Source of the DNA: Peribolospora baueri
Lineage: Eukaryota
Direction: 5' to 3'
DNA: 64,000 bases
Assembly: GCA_029717555.1 (NCBI GenBank)
Contig: JAMDHS010000007.1
Location: 186,001 to 250,000 of the forward strand
Shown here: positions 1-11,768 of the stretch, one piece after another
Layout of the letters: each line of letters opens with the position of its first letter
How positions within the stretch are numbered: position 1 is the first letter of the stretch
Translations under genes and position numbers: made by a program
The notes under the pieces: model-generated
The model's database searches: none
The model's input: the letters and a program-made list of their open reading frames with translations, nothing else
What the model was told of the DNA's origin: nothing

Positions 1-382
1 GAGCCTACCGCCTTCTCTCGCCCCTCGATCACAATGCAGGCGAGACGGGCGCGAGCGCAAGGGCGCAAGTGAGCCTGTTCGAGGGCGACGAGGTGAAGGT
101 AGAGGTGTCGGCGGCGGGGTGGAAGGTGAGAAAGGACCGGGGGGAAGAGGAGAAAGAAGCGGGTTGTGTCGTGCAACTGTCTCCGCCGTTCATCGTGGCC
201 AGCCCTCATCGTCTTGCTCCCCCCCCCTCTGTCTTAAGGCTGTGGGCGCCGGCCAGTCGGCACAGCGAGAGACGCTTGATGACCTCCTTCTCTCTCTCAG
301 CCCAGAGTACGAACGTCGTCGCATGCACACGCTCATGGTCAAGTTGGAGCGTCTTGCAGAACGACGAGACGCGTCGGAGTAG
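1..382 (+). CDS. GSKIP (DUF727)-domain protein, 3' part (5' end outside window)
   Basis: Frame AYRLLSPLDH...VKVEVSAAGWK, a GTGAG..TAAG intron (~126-238), then AVGAG...ETLDDLLLSLSPEYERRRMHTLMVKLERL...*. The ETLxxLLxxxSPxY...LxxKL pattern is typical of GSKIP domains. Confidence 0.6.
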   Translation, partial: SLPPSLAPRSQCRRDGRERKGASEPVRGRRGEGRGVGGGVEGEKGPGGRGERSGLCRATVSAVHRGQPSSSCSPPLCLKAVGAGQSAQRETLDDLLLSLSPEYERRRMHTLMVKLERLAERRDASE

Positions 383-568
383 GCAGCTGGTATCAAAGAC
401 ATTCGCACGCACCACCCCTCGAGACCGAGCCCGATCTTGCAATGTGCTTTCCGAACCATCATTGATATATCAACGACGCCCGACGGTACCAGAGAGCGGA
501 CAAGGCTCGTCTCGCTTCCCCTTCCCTTTTCCCAACCTCCGTGGCGACCAGGCTGCCTCGGCTTCGCA

Positions 569-1676
569 ATGCGCCTCGTCGAGCTCACCACGCTCTCCCT
601 TCTCGCCTCCGCCTCCGTCTCCCCCACCTCTCCCTCCTCCCCCGCTCCGTAGACCCATCCGACCTCCCCCCAGCCATCCTCGGCACTTACAACCTCTCCT
701 TCCTCGTCCTCCCCGTATCGCCCTCCCACGCGCGCTCTCTCCTTCCCTCCTACCTCAACGCTTCCCTCGTCACCGAGTTGGACCAGAATGTCTGGAAGGG
801 CTTGGGCACGGGCCCGGGAGGCGATGGGCAGGTGCCCGTGGTGCTCGAGCTGAGCAGGGAGGCCAACTGCGGACCGCCGCTGCTGAGGATCGAGAACTTT
901 CAGTGAGCTCTCCGTTGGCTTGCGCGAGTGGTGGTAAACCTGGAGGCGGGGGGAACACACTCTCGCTCTTCCACTTGGCTTGTTTCGTCGTGCATCGTGC
1001 CTCATCTCGTACGCCTCCGCCGTCGTCGTCTTCGTCATCGTCGTGCCCTGCGGCAGAGAAGCGAAAGTGACGATCCCCAACATCGCCCGTCTCGGCTTGG
1101 AGATGCAGCCTCCAACACCTCCGGCACGCGCCTGTTCACCTACAAAAATCCATCTTTGTCGACTCGGCGCTGGACGTCATCGGGTCCTGGGCCGAGTACG
1201 GTCTGTCGACGTCGAACGAAACCTTCGTTCCCGCCAACTCGAGCGACCCGGCCTCGTTCGATTACGCCGTCGAGGGTAAGCTTAACGCTCACCTCCGCCC
1301 CGTTGCGACGGGCAGGTGGCCCAGAAGCACGTACGAGAGCATCTCACAAGCCCCCTGGTTCGGCGACGGGCCACTGCGCGCGCAACACTTCTATCAATGG
1401 AACCGGTCGGCCGAGACTGTTCCCGTCACCGGTGAGCATCCAAGATAGGATGTCCGACTTTTCGAAGCGCGGACGGAAAGCACTGCGCCGAGCCTGCTGA
1501 CGCCTGACCCCTCTTTCGCCTCGCCTCGCCATCCAAGCCAACGTGACCCTCTCTACCCGCCTTACGCGGGGCCAAACGCCGGCTCGTCGACCACTGTCGA
1601 AGCGTGAGGCCAACACGCCGTGGCGAGCTTCAAGATCGTCGGCCCGCTGCCATGCGAAGCGTTCGCGTCTTCCTGA
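569..1676 (+). pseudogene. Frame-disrupted gene for a predicted secreted fungal hypothetical protein (pseudogene or local sequence error)
   Basis: Signal-peptide-like start MRLVELTTLSLLASAS at 569, and canonical introns at ~903-1056 and ~1432-1537. A coherent protein (LGTYNLSFLVLPV...VPVVLELSRE...EAKVTIPNIARL...FTYK-SIFVDSALDVIGSWAEYG...QAPWFG...VASFKIVGPLPCEAF*) needs frameshifts near 615, 1095, 1148 and 1550-1610. Confidence 0.55.
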
Positions 1677-2169
1677 GCTGGCGCACATCTTCCTGCGCTC
1701 TTTCTCCATCGTGTACTGCTATACCGGGCAATCATTCATTCAGGCGTGTCTCGTGATCGTCGGACCACCCGCCCGCCTGAGACAGCGAGCTTGACGCGAC
1801 TTGAAACCGTAGAAGACGCTGCGCACCTATGCGACAGTCCCCACTTCCATTTTCTCCCCTTCTCTCGCTCCTTCCCACGGTTCTCGAGCATGGGGAAGAG
1901 AGGCAGCACTCTGCGCGCAGCACGAGATGATGGAAAGTGGCAGACACCTCGGTTGGGAGGCCACGGGGGAAGAGGAAGAACGCGGAGGGAGGCGGAGATG
2001 AGGACGGCGGGGCCACTGAAGGTTCTAATCAGCTTGTAAGGGCGCATTAAGAAAGTAGGAAAGTAAATTGTAATCGCCTGCTTCTTTCGGTCCTCCTACC
2101 GGCTCCTCCACCACCATTCCATCTTTGTCCACATCGTCGTCCCTATCCACCACCCCCGCTCCGTCCGCC

Positions 2170-2787
2170 ATGGTTTATCTCAAGTCATGGCAGGAGTTCC
2201 ACGACCAGAGTTTGGACCTCTTCCGACGGTCTCCGCGAAGAGTGAGCGTCACGCAGTCTTCGTCATCGGACGACACATCATCCGTCGTCCGCTATTCGTC
2301 CGTGACTGGCCCAAGTCAGGTCAGGTCGTCTGACCCTGATGATCGTCCCCGCTTTTTGTTTGCAATCATAGACGCGGCACTCGATCAAGGTGCGCAGTTC
2401 AAGGGGCAGCTTGGTTCTCAAGGTGACCGACGATAGGACGGTGAGTGCGGCGCATCGGTCGCCGGCCCTCGTCTCTCCACCGTCCGGCTGGTACTTACTT
2501 TCTTCCGTCCGACACGCACGTCCCCCCAGTGCCTCAAGTACAAGACCCACTCAGCCATCATCCTCAACCGCTTCGAAGCTTTGGAGCGCGCCATGGCAGA
2601 AACGATGACGAACCGCCGACCGACGCCGCCGCCGCCCGTCGCTCAAGTCGGTCCGGTGCAGTCACCGGAGACCTCTTCGGCTCAGAAAGGGGATGCGATG
2701 GAGGGCGTCGAGGCTGCGGCTGCGGCGGCGGCGGCGGCCGGTGGTGGCGGCGCGAAGAAGAAGAAGAAAAAGGGGAAGAAGAAGTGA
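2170..2787 (+). CDS. SRP21: Signal recognition particle subunit SRP9/SRP21
   Basis: Exons 2170-2241, 2372-2440 and 2530-2787 give MVYLKSWQEF...TRHSIKVR...LVLKVTDDRTCLKYKTHSAIILNRFEAL..., with a basic KKKKKKGKKK tail. These are the classic SRP9/21 motifs. Confidence 0.93.
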
Positions 2788-3486
2788 GAGAGGTGACGAG
2801 ACGAGGGCATTGAGGGAGGACGAACGTCGGCCACGATTCAGCAAAAGAGAGGGACCGGGGGGGCATGTCCGAAGAGAGGACGGACGACGGATGACGGACG
2901 ACGGCGCGGTGGAATGCGGCGAGGCAAGCTTTAGACTGTGAAATCCCATCCCATCTCTCTCTCACGGCATCTCCCGCGACGATCCGCGGCGGTTCCCCCG
3001 TGCACGTCAAGTCATTGCGATGTACGAAAAAGGCGGTAGGAGGTCCAATGGACGAAAACACGACGGCGGCATGGTCGAACCATTGGCTTGGAGCGGCCCA
3101 TATTGGGCATGGTATGGGAAGGCTGAGAAGCCATACGTCGAAGGGGACGCGTGACGAACTCGGCCCTTGTGCGTCGTAGAAGACAAAGACTCGAGGACAG
3201 CTGCGCGCCTTGGATGGACGACAGCCTTGCGCGAGGCGACATCCGGGCAGGCCTTCCGAGACCACGTCGAAAAGAGAGAATGGTGGATTGCAGTTGGAGC
3301 ACAGGCGTCTATTTAACGAGCATCTAGAAGCGGGATGACAGGGGCAGGCAGGGAGCGAGTGATACGGCGACAAAGAGACGCTCTCGCAGAGTATTAAGAG
3401 CGGTATGGAAAGCCCGATATTTCCTTTTTCTTCCTTCCTTCCTTCCTTCCCCCTTCCGCACTGCCATCTTCCTCGACCCGGAGAGT

Positions 3487-6400
3487 TCAGAAGGCGACGC
3501 CAAAAAGCTGCTCACACTCGCGCTGTATCTGCGCGATGAGGTGCGAGACGCTCACCAAGCTCGCCACAGCGAGGACGACGCGGGTCCTCCCTTCCCGTCG
3601 ATCGGCGGCGGTGGCTTTTTCTTCCTCCTCGGCGTCATGGCCCTCAGATGGGGTTGAAGGTGATTCGGCCTTGAAATCCTCTAGAAGCTTTGAAAGCTCG
3701 GAAGCGAGCGTCGGGCACGTAAGCTCGTTGGAGGTTCGGGGAAGGGGAGCCTCTTTTCGCAGCGACGAGGAGATGGCGTAGAGGGCTGTCAACATAGCGG
3801 AGACCTGCGGGCGCGGAGTGAAGAAGGCAAGGCCGCATGTCATGGGCATAAGTGAGTCGAGAGAGGCGCTCTCCGAGTCGAGCAAGCAAAGCGATAACCC
3901 ACATGATCGTCCGCGAATGTACGCTGTCCCAACAAGGTAGACCGCTCGCGGGGAGAGAGTCCATCAGTCGAGCTGAAGAGCTGGCCGAGGACGTCCACGA
4001 GCTCGCTCTGCAGCCGCATGAGTTCCGCATAGTGCTCGTTAGACCAACCTCCCCTCAGTGAAGGCTCTAGCTTGGCCAGAGCGAGGCTGAATGTGAATAC
4101 CAGCGCGGAAGAGTCAGCTCTACCGTCATCGTCTGGGAAAACGGCAGGCGTCACCCACCGGACCTGCGAAAGGTTGAGCTTTTGATGGATGGCCAGCAAG
4201 ATCTTTGCAATGTTCTCCTCAAGGAACCATGTCACCGTCGGGTCGTCCTTGCTGTACCTGCCCTCGACGCGAGCGTTCGCTCGACGGGAGCCGGAGCGAG
4301 AGGCCCCTTGGCTTCGGATGGAAGCGAGGAGCTCGGCGAGAACGCGGCCAAGCTCGAGAGTCACGGTCGCTAAACGTCACGCAGAAGCGCGTCAGTGATG
4401 AGCAATGCACGCCAGCCGCCAGAATCGTAGCCGTCCGACCGACTGACAGTACGTCTTGCGCAGCTGGACCCGTCCGGACGTCGGCTTCGGGATCCAAGAC
4501 ATTACACATGCGGCAGCTGTCGTGAGGGAGAAAGTTCACCCGTTGAGCCACTAGGGTCTGCAAATGGAGTGAGAGCAGATACGAAGGCGGCACTCACCCA
4601 CGCCAACGAGGACGAGGACGGTTCTCTTCCACCAAACCCTACGATCGCGGAGCACGACATGGTCAAGATGCTGAATGACTGTTCAGCGCGGATCAAAGCG
4701 AAAACGAGGGGACTCACTCCCATCCCTCGCCAGGGGCAGAAGCAGCGGGAAGGGTGGCATCTTGCCAGGAGTAACCGGTCACGAGAACGAGGGTGGTGGT
4801 GACCGTAACGGAGAGGATGAAGTTGGTGGAGTAGATGCGGCGGTACAGGGCAAAAGGCAGCACGACGGCTGTGACGGCAAAGGCAAAAATGGGCGGTGGA
4901 AACGAAGGTGTGGGATGAGACGACGCGGCTCAAAAGTTGTCATCCGACGCGTCCGCTTCCCCCAAGCACTCACCCCACACGGTCGCCATGCCATACGCGT
5001 TGTGCCCCCTGCCGTTGCCTATGTACCACATCGCTAGCCCGACAGCCCCGCCGACGATGGTGCCCACGACACGCTGAACGAATCCATAAGCTGTCTCTCC
5101 CGAGTACATGCTGTACGCGAACGTGGCCGTCGTGACTGTCCATAGGCCCTTGTTGCGGTAGTAAAATTCAGCGCTCTTGTTGTCCTTGATCCATGCGGGT
5201 ACGCTTAGCGCCACGGCGAGCAGGGCGACCTTGAGGGAGAAGGAGCTGCGCACGTCGAAGAACCATTTTCCCGAGTTGTACAGCGCTAGGCCGAGCGGGG
5301 ATCGTCGGGGAGGAGAACGCTGGACGGACTGGGCGGCGGGTTCGAGGGCGCGCGAGGCTGAGGGTTCGGAAGGGACGCCTTGGATAGTCGACGGGTCATC
5401 TTCGCCGTCGGGGATGAAATCGGTGTCCCTCGTGAGGAGGCCAGCGATCCCACCCGAGGCGTCGTCGTCGTCGTTGTCGTCGTCGTCGCTCTCGTCATAG
5501 TCCTCGGCGCGGTCGCCCGCCCGCCCGCTCCCCGCTGACGCGCCGCCGTCGTCCTTGGTACCCTTGACGTTGGTCTCCACGGCCCGTTTGCTCCTCTTGC
5601 TGCCCAACATGGGCCAGTGGAACTTGGGCTCCTGCACCTCGAGGCGAATGGCCAGTGAGAGAAGGTTGGCGACCTGGGCGGCAAACTGGAGGAGATGAAA
5701 GACGCAGAGGACCTTTTCGAAGGCAGGATAACAAAAATCACGCGATGGGTCGGCGATCCCTCGCTCCTCCGCTGCCCCTCCCTCGGCTCTTTTCCGGTCC
5801 TCCTCAAACTGCCTGCCTGCCTCCGCAGTGAGCAAAGGACGCTCGCCGGCGGTCTGCATCCTGAGCTGTTCCATGGCGCCAACAAGCGCGTCCTTGCTGG
5901 CACGCATCCGCGCCACCACCTCCGCCCTGTCCTCGCCCTTGCCCTTGCCATTGGTGAGCAGCCGCACGGGCCAGAATCGGATGGAACGTTCGTTGAAAGA
6001 GATGACCTCCTCCAGGGCCGCCTTCGTCGCTTCCATCACCGGGGAGACCTCTCGGGATACGTCGGCCAGGGTGGAAGCCAGTTTGTCCTCCGCAGACGAG
6101 CCCTCGTCCGCACTGGCTTCCGCGCTCGTGTCCGCGCCGGAAGTGGAACAGGGGTGAGTGAGGGGCTCGTCGGCTCGAACGACGTGTCTGGCAAAGATCA
6201 TGAGTCCGGAGAGAGAGATGCTGACGGCCCTGGTATCGCGAATGAGACGGTAGACGTCCCTACCGCTCCTCCGCCCCCACGTCGGCTCCTTGGTGAGGTA
6301 AGGGGCGACGACTGAAATCTGCGGGGTGAGGGCGGCGACGGTCGCTTGGGACGAGACGAGCTTGGCGTAGATGGACTGACGGGCGGTGCGTGCGTCGGAC

Positions 6401-7556
6401 GGTTTGTCTCCTTGGGGCGGCTTCGGCTCGAGGAGGGAGGCGAAAGCGGTCAAGGAGCTCAGCTGGACCTGAGACAGCGTGACCAGCTTCTCCCTTCAGA
6501 CCGCGAACGAAGAGCGAGCCGTCAGTGTCAGTCGCTAAACCAAGTGGGGAGCGGTGCTAGTACCAACGATCGCTCAGGGAGCGACTCACTGAGTGAAAGA
6601 CGTGACCGAGTTGGGGAAGATGAAGATGGCGGAGGCGAGCATGATGGCGAGGTAGTAACCATAGGGGATCATGAAGACCCAGCTGAGCGTTGCACCATAG
6701 AACTGGGGAACAAGCGGTCCGATCGTACAGAAGATGTCGAGAAGGATCGCGGCGAAGACCATGACGTAGCTGCCGCGCGAGACGAAACGTTTATCAAACA
6801 GCTGATCGCCGAGTCGTCCACCGTAAGACATCTTTCCTGGCCACTCACAACAACCGAACCTGATAGGCACGAAGGAGCCATATGACATAGGTACCGACGA
6901 ACAGGAAGCTAGAACGCAGAGAAGCCAGCCAAGCGAGAGAGCTGCGTGAGCGAGCGGCAAGCGAAACAGACGGAGCTCACAGACAACCACCAGACCGGTG
7001 GGGATTAAACTCACGTGGCATACACGGCGGTGGACTGGGCCTGCAAAAATTGCCCGGAAAAGGTGGCGCCTATGAGCTGGGCTTCTATCTCGCCGGGCCC
7101 GGCCTGGCTTGCACCGGCGGCTTTGGCAGTAGCGTTGGCGGCACCGAGGACGGCGTGAAAGGTAGCGGCGTCGGTGGCGCGGTTGCGCGCGAGATCGGCA
7201 AGCTTGGCCGCTAGGACGCTCCAGCCCCATGTGATGCATACAACGAATGCGCCTAGCAAGGATTGCACGATGACGATCAGCGTCGGGTCTGAAGGGGGTT
7301 TGACGAGGATGAAGATGCTGTTGACGAAACGGGAGGCGAGATCAGCGTGCGACCATAACGGGTCGCGAAGGTGCGTGCGGAAGGGCCGCAGGCACCGTAC
7401 TCACAGGGGCAAGAAGGCGGCTTGACCGGCGACGCGCTCGCTAGGTCGGATGATGAGAGTGAGAGCGCAGGCCCATGCTGCGACCCAGCATCGGACGATG
7501 ATCCGGACGTTGCTCCAGGGGATGGTCCCACTGGAGGGGAGGAGGGTGCGGGCCAT
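3487..7556 (-). CDS. Multi-TM ArAE_2/FUSC-like (Bre4-type, 'ER transporter 6TM') membrane protein
   Basis: Start MARTLLPSSG...IVRCWVAAW. N-terminal TM exons (ITWGWSVLAAKLA; LDIFCTIGPLVP; IFIFPNSV), a large exon 4930-6453, and a C-terminal FUSC-like block (FYYRNKGLW; QRVVGTIVGGAVGLAMWYIGNG). Stop at 3487. Confidence 0.75.
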
Positions 7557-8906
7557 GGTAGGCGGCGGGGGGCGGCGGGATGAGAAGCGAAAGGAGGGTT
7601 GGGAGAGCTCGTGGAGAAGGCTTTCTGTCGAGTCTCAAGGAAAAAGAAAGAAAGGGCTGAACGAGGGTGGCATGTACGCCGGCGTCGGCGAGCTACAATG
7701 GAGACACTAGAAGAAAGAAAGATCGACGTCAAGCGGAGGGCGTGAGGGGAGGAAGAGGAAGATCAAGATAATATGATCGGTCGGATCTTGTGGGGATTCC
7801 GCGAGCCGTCTGGTTGACCAGTTATGGGTCAGCTGGGACGGCGATGGTGCAAAGAAGAGGGTAAAGGAGATGGTAGGAGGACGAAGGTGGAGAAAGGCCG
7901 CCCTGGCTGGCATATCAGCTGATCCTCAAGCTGCTTATATGTCGCATGGGATGGTCTGCGCCGCCAACTGGCTCATCTTCCCTCCCTGCCGGCGCATCCA
8001 TCTGTACAGGACGGCGTCCACCTTTCGGACGAGAGATGGTCCGGGCTCCACTCCTGGGAAGGGAGGTCTTGGAGATCCATCGGCGCCTTTTTTTTTGCTT
8101 GCGCCACCGCCAAGTAGTGGAGTGGTCCTCATCTACCGAGCCAGACAAGACAAGATCGGCGCCTCAACTGGCATCTGCCGCAGTCTTTCTTATGCGCGCC
8201 TTGGCGTCGCCGGCGGAAACGACACGCCGGATCAAAGGTCGGACGGCCTAGCACGCGACGCCAAGGCTCCTCTTGTCTCGCATCGTCTGACGGCGGTCTC
8301 AGTGCAGCAACAGCATGAGCGTCGACGGGCCCAGGATTTCGCTCTGCTAATACCGCCACGGAGCTCGACGGGACACCGTTGCTTTGAGGGCTCGTCGTGG
8401 ACGGGCGGTGGGCGAAAGAACTCGAAAGATCGGGCGCAAGTGGACGAGCGAGAGGAAACGGGGAGAGTGTGTCCGGCATGGTCGATAAGGATCAGAGAGG
8501 CGGAGCGAAGAAGAACAGGGCAGAAAGGCCGAGCAGAAGAAGGACACCTCGGGTTTGCTTGCCGCGAAGGAAGGACACACTTTACTCAGACGGCCACCGG
8601 CCGTATCCTCCCCGTCGTCTCCTCTCGGCGCGGCTCTCTGTATGCATGCAGCATGCCCTCTTGCAAACGCGGTTGCCGGCCACAAGGCGTCAGTCATCGC
8701 CTCGACGAGCAGAGCAGGGAAAAAGATTTGCACTTGCGCCCTGCCCTGCCGGCGCTTGCAGATGGAGGAGCGGCTTGGCTCGAGATCAGGTAGGCAGACG
8801 TACGGTACACCAGGTCTTCACGATCGTTGTGTTGTTGTTGTTCGGCGCTTGCAGCGAGTCATAGATTGTTGTGTATGCAAATTCGACTCGAGCGTTGTGG
8901 TGACAT

Positions 8907-8981
8907 CCTGTCTGCCTGTCTGCCTGTCTGCCTGTCTGCCTGTCTGTCTGTCCGTCCGTCCGTCCGTCCGTCCGTCTGTCC
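8907..8981. repeat. Compound microsatellite (CCTGTCTG)n followed by (GTCC)n
   Basis: Directly visible: tctgcctgtctgcctg...tccgtccgtccg. A smaller (GACT)n(GACC)n tract lies at ~9195-9220. Confidence 0.9.
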
Positions 8982-9684
8982 ATTCTCGGATGTCGCATTC
9001 GTAGCTAAGAAGGGGTAGGCGCCTTCGTGCGCGCCCTTGGGTTAGGCCGGCGCGGCGCGTCTCGTCTGTCAGTCGCGTCTGATGACTGTCTGTCTATCTG
9101 TTGACGGTGGGAAGTAGGGTTACTGCGGCATGGCCCTCTGCCCAGCCGAGTCTCCACCACTACGCTCTCGCCACTGACTGAGCGCGGCCTGCCACTGACT
9201 GACTGACTGACCGACCGACCGCTCACCACAGAGAGACGCTTGCCCGCCTCGACCGAGCTCTACGCGATCAGACGCGTTCCCGACGACCACTACGCTCACC
9301 CACAACCCACACACGCAAGCAAGCCTTCCTCTAACCCACCGCCCTTCCTCCAAGCCCTCCTCCCCGTCCATCCTCCTCTCAACGCCCTTCCCAGCGCGGT
9401 GAGTGAGTGAGTGATGACCACAGCCATAGCATACCTCGCCCCCATACCCACTCCATACCTCGGCGGGCCCCAAAGCCGCGCACGGCTGCGCTCGGATGCC
9501 CCCGCGCACGGACGTCGCCTGCTTCTTCGCTCACCCGTCTTCCCGCGCTCACTCACAAACCCTCTCCCTCCCGAAACAGCTCGCCACCAAGGCGCCCACA
9601 CACACCCGCCCTACCCCACTGCATCTCCCGTCTCCCCTTCCCTCGACGCCCCAGTCCCCACCCACACCCACACGACCGACCAAG

Positions 9685-10757
9685 ATGCCCAGGGAAGCAA
9701 AGCCCAAGGCCAAGGCCGCCTCCTCCTCCGCCGCCGCGTCCGGTAAGACTGGCCGCTCCAAAAAGGACCCCAACGCCCCCAAGCGCGGCCTCTCCGCGTA
9801 CATGTTCTTTTCTCAAGCCCATCGCGAACGCGTCAAGACGGAGAACCCAGAAGCTGGCTTCGGTGAGTGCGCTGGTCTGGCGCCGCTTGGTGTTTGACAT
9901 CGGGTCCTGCCGAGCGACGCGCTCTCGACGCATTACGCATCCCTTGGGGGCTCACCAGCGTCCAGAGGCGCTGGCGAAGCGCGTCGTTGCGCGTCGGCCT
10001 GCCCACGACTTGCGTCTCCCTCGTCGACACATCCCGTCCAACCTCCGACAACGACAACGATGCGCGGAAACGCGTCGCTGTCGCGTTCTTCACGTCTCTG
10101 TCGCGCTCGTACGACGTGTCGACGCCGGCCAAGACGCGTCCTGTGGACGCTGAGTGCGCACGCTGACCATGACGCCCTCTTCTCCCTCCCTCTCACCGCA
10201 TTTATCCTCCCATCGGACCTTGATCACCGCATCTAACCCGCGGGCCTTTGTCTCGTCGCGTCATCTCCCTCCAGGCGAGCTCGGTCGCCTGTTGGGTGCC
10301 AAGTGGAAGGAGATGAGTGACTCGGAGAAGAAGGTGAGTCGTCTCGTGTCGTCGTCCTCACCGGCGCGCCGTCTCGTTCCGTCGACGTTTCTCCTTGTTC
10401 GCCATGGACATCATGCGGAAGTGGGACGCACGCGCGGAGATGCCTTCCTCGGGACCGGGCGCTCGCTCTTGGAGCCTGAGCTGACTCGGCCTTCCTTCCC
10501 TCCTTCGCAGCCATACATCGACATGGCCGAGAAGGACAAGGCACGTGCCGAGCAGGAGAAGGCGAACTACGTGAGTTTGCCTGCCCACCTCGCGTTCACG
10601 GCCGCCTTTGCGCTGACTTGCGCCCGTCCGCCTTTTCGTTCGGCTTTCGTTGGCCGGCTTCCTGCAGAAGAAGAGCGAGGGCGGCACGAAGAAGAAGACG
10701 ACGAAGAAGGTGGTTGAGAAGGTGGAGGACGAGGACGAGGACGACTCGGACGAGTGA
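9685..10757 (+). CDS. NHP6: Non-histone HMG-box protein Nhp6
   Basis: [19 protein letters not shown]...[47 protein letters not shown]| plus an acidic tail. Three GT-AG introns. Confidence 0.95.
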
Positions 10758-11768
10758 ACGCGCATGGTCGGCGTGGAGCGCCTACTTGCTCGTCCCCTCG
10801 TGGCGTCCTCGGTCCTGTTCCTCTCCGTTCTCGGGCTTTCTCTCTCTCTCTCCTCTCTGTCTCTATGCGTGCTCGCGTCGCGTCCGGGTCGATCCCCCTG
10901 TCCTGTCCAAAGATTATCTCATCCTCCTTATAAGATCGTGTCCTTCCTTCCGCCTTGCTGCCTATTTTCCTCCTCCCTCGTCCCCGTCTAACCCTTTGCG
11001 TCCGTTGCCCTCCTCCTCGGAGGGGTGGGAGCCGAGTTTTCTGACGATGGTGTATGCTACTCTTTCTCCTTCCACCTACCTGGTCTCCCTCCATCCTAAC
11101 CCTTGTTCCTCGGCGCTCGCCTCTCTCTTCCTCTTCCTCTGCTCCTGGTCGCTCAGACTGGGGCCGGGCTCCGTCCGGAGGACAGAGAGGTCAGTCGACG
11201 GGAGTCGACGGATGAGCAGAAACGACGGGCCCCTTGGGCGAGGGAGGACAAAGATGGCGGCGTGTAGTCCTCTGCCCTCCCCTTCCTTCCTTCCTTTCCC
11301 GTTCCTTCTCTCCTTCCCGCGCCGTCTCAAATTCGTGCCCCCGCGGACAATATACATATCCGTGCGTCCGAACCCTTTCTGCCCCCGACGACGGTTCTCA
11401 TTCGCCAGCGCCAGCGCCTGCGCACACTGCTCTGCTGTGTTCTGTACAGCGCGTCGCACCGCAGAGGCAAAGGACGCTTGCCAAAAGAGCGACTTGGTTG
11501 GCGGGTCAGCGGAACGTCTGAAATGTGTTGTCACGCGACGTCTGTTCGTATTTCTATATCCATCTATCTGCCTGCTCGACGTCGGCGCTTCGGACCACCT
11601 TCCGCAGCGCCGCACTAACTATGACGCATGACCCGAACGGTTTGGTAGCCTAAAAATACGTGTACACCCGACGAGGCTTTTGGCTCCCTCGTCCATCTCC
11701 AGCCCTCCTCACTACTTATCCCCTTCTCCCCTCGACCACGGCCAGCCAGCCCCACCGACCGACCGACT

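Noticed and set aside
69..1070. 333-aa Pro-rich ORF and antisense ORF 190-1083
   Set aside because: Shadow ORFs. They run through introns and overlap two better-supported spliced genes in other frames.
7870..8793. 307-aa ORF in the 2.1-kb divergent intergenic region
   Set aside because: Arg/Gly/Ser-rich with no recognisable motif or codon bias. Long stop-free frames are expected at this GC content.
10618..11631. 337-aa ORF downstream of NHP6
   Set aside because: It overlaps the last NHP6 exon out of frame and then runs through CT-rich 3' UTR-like sequence.
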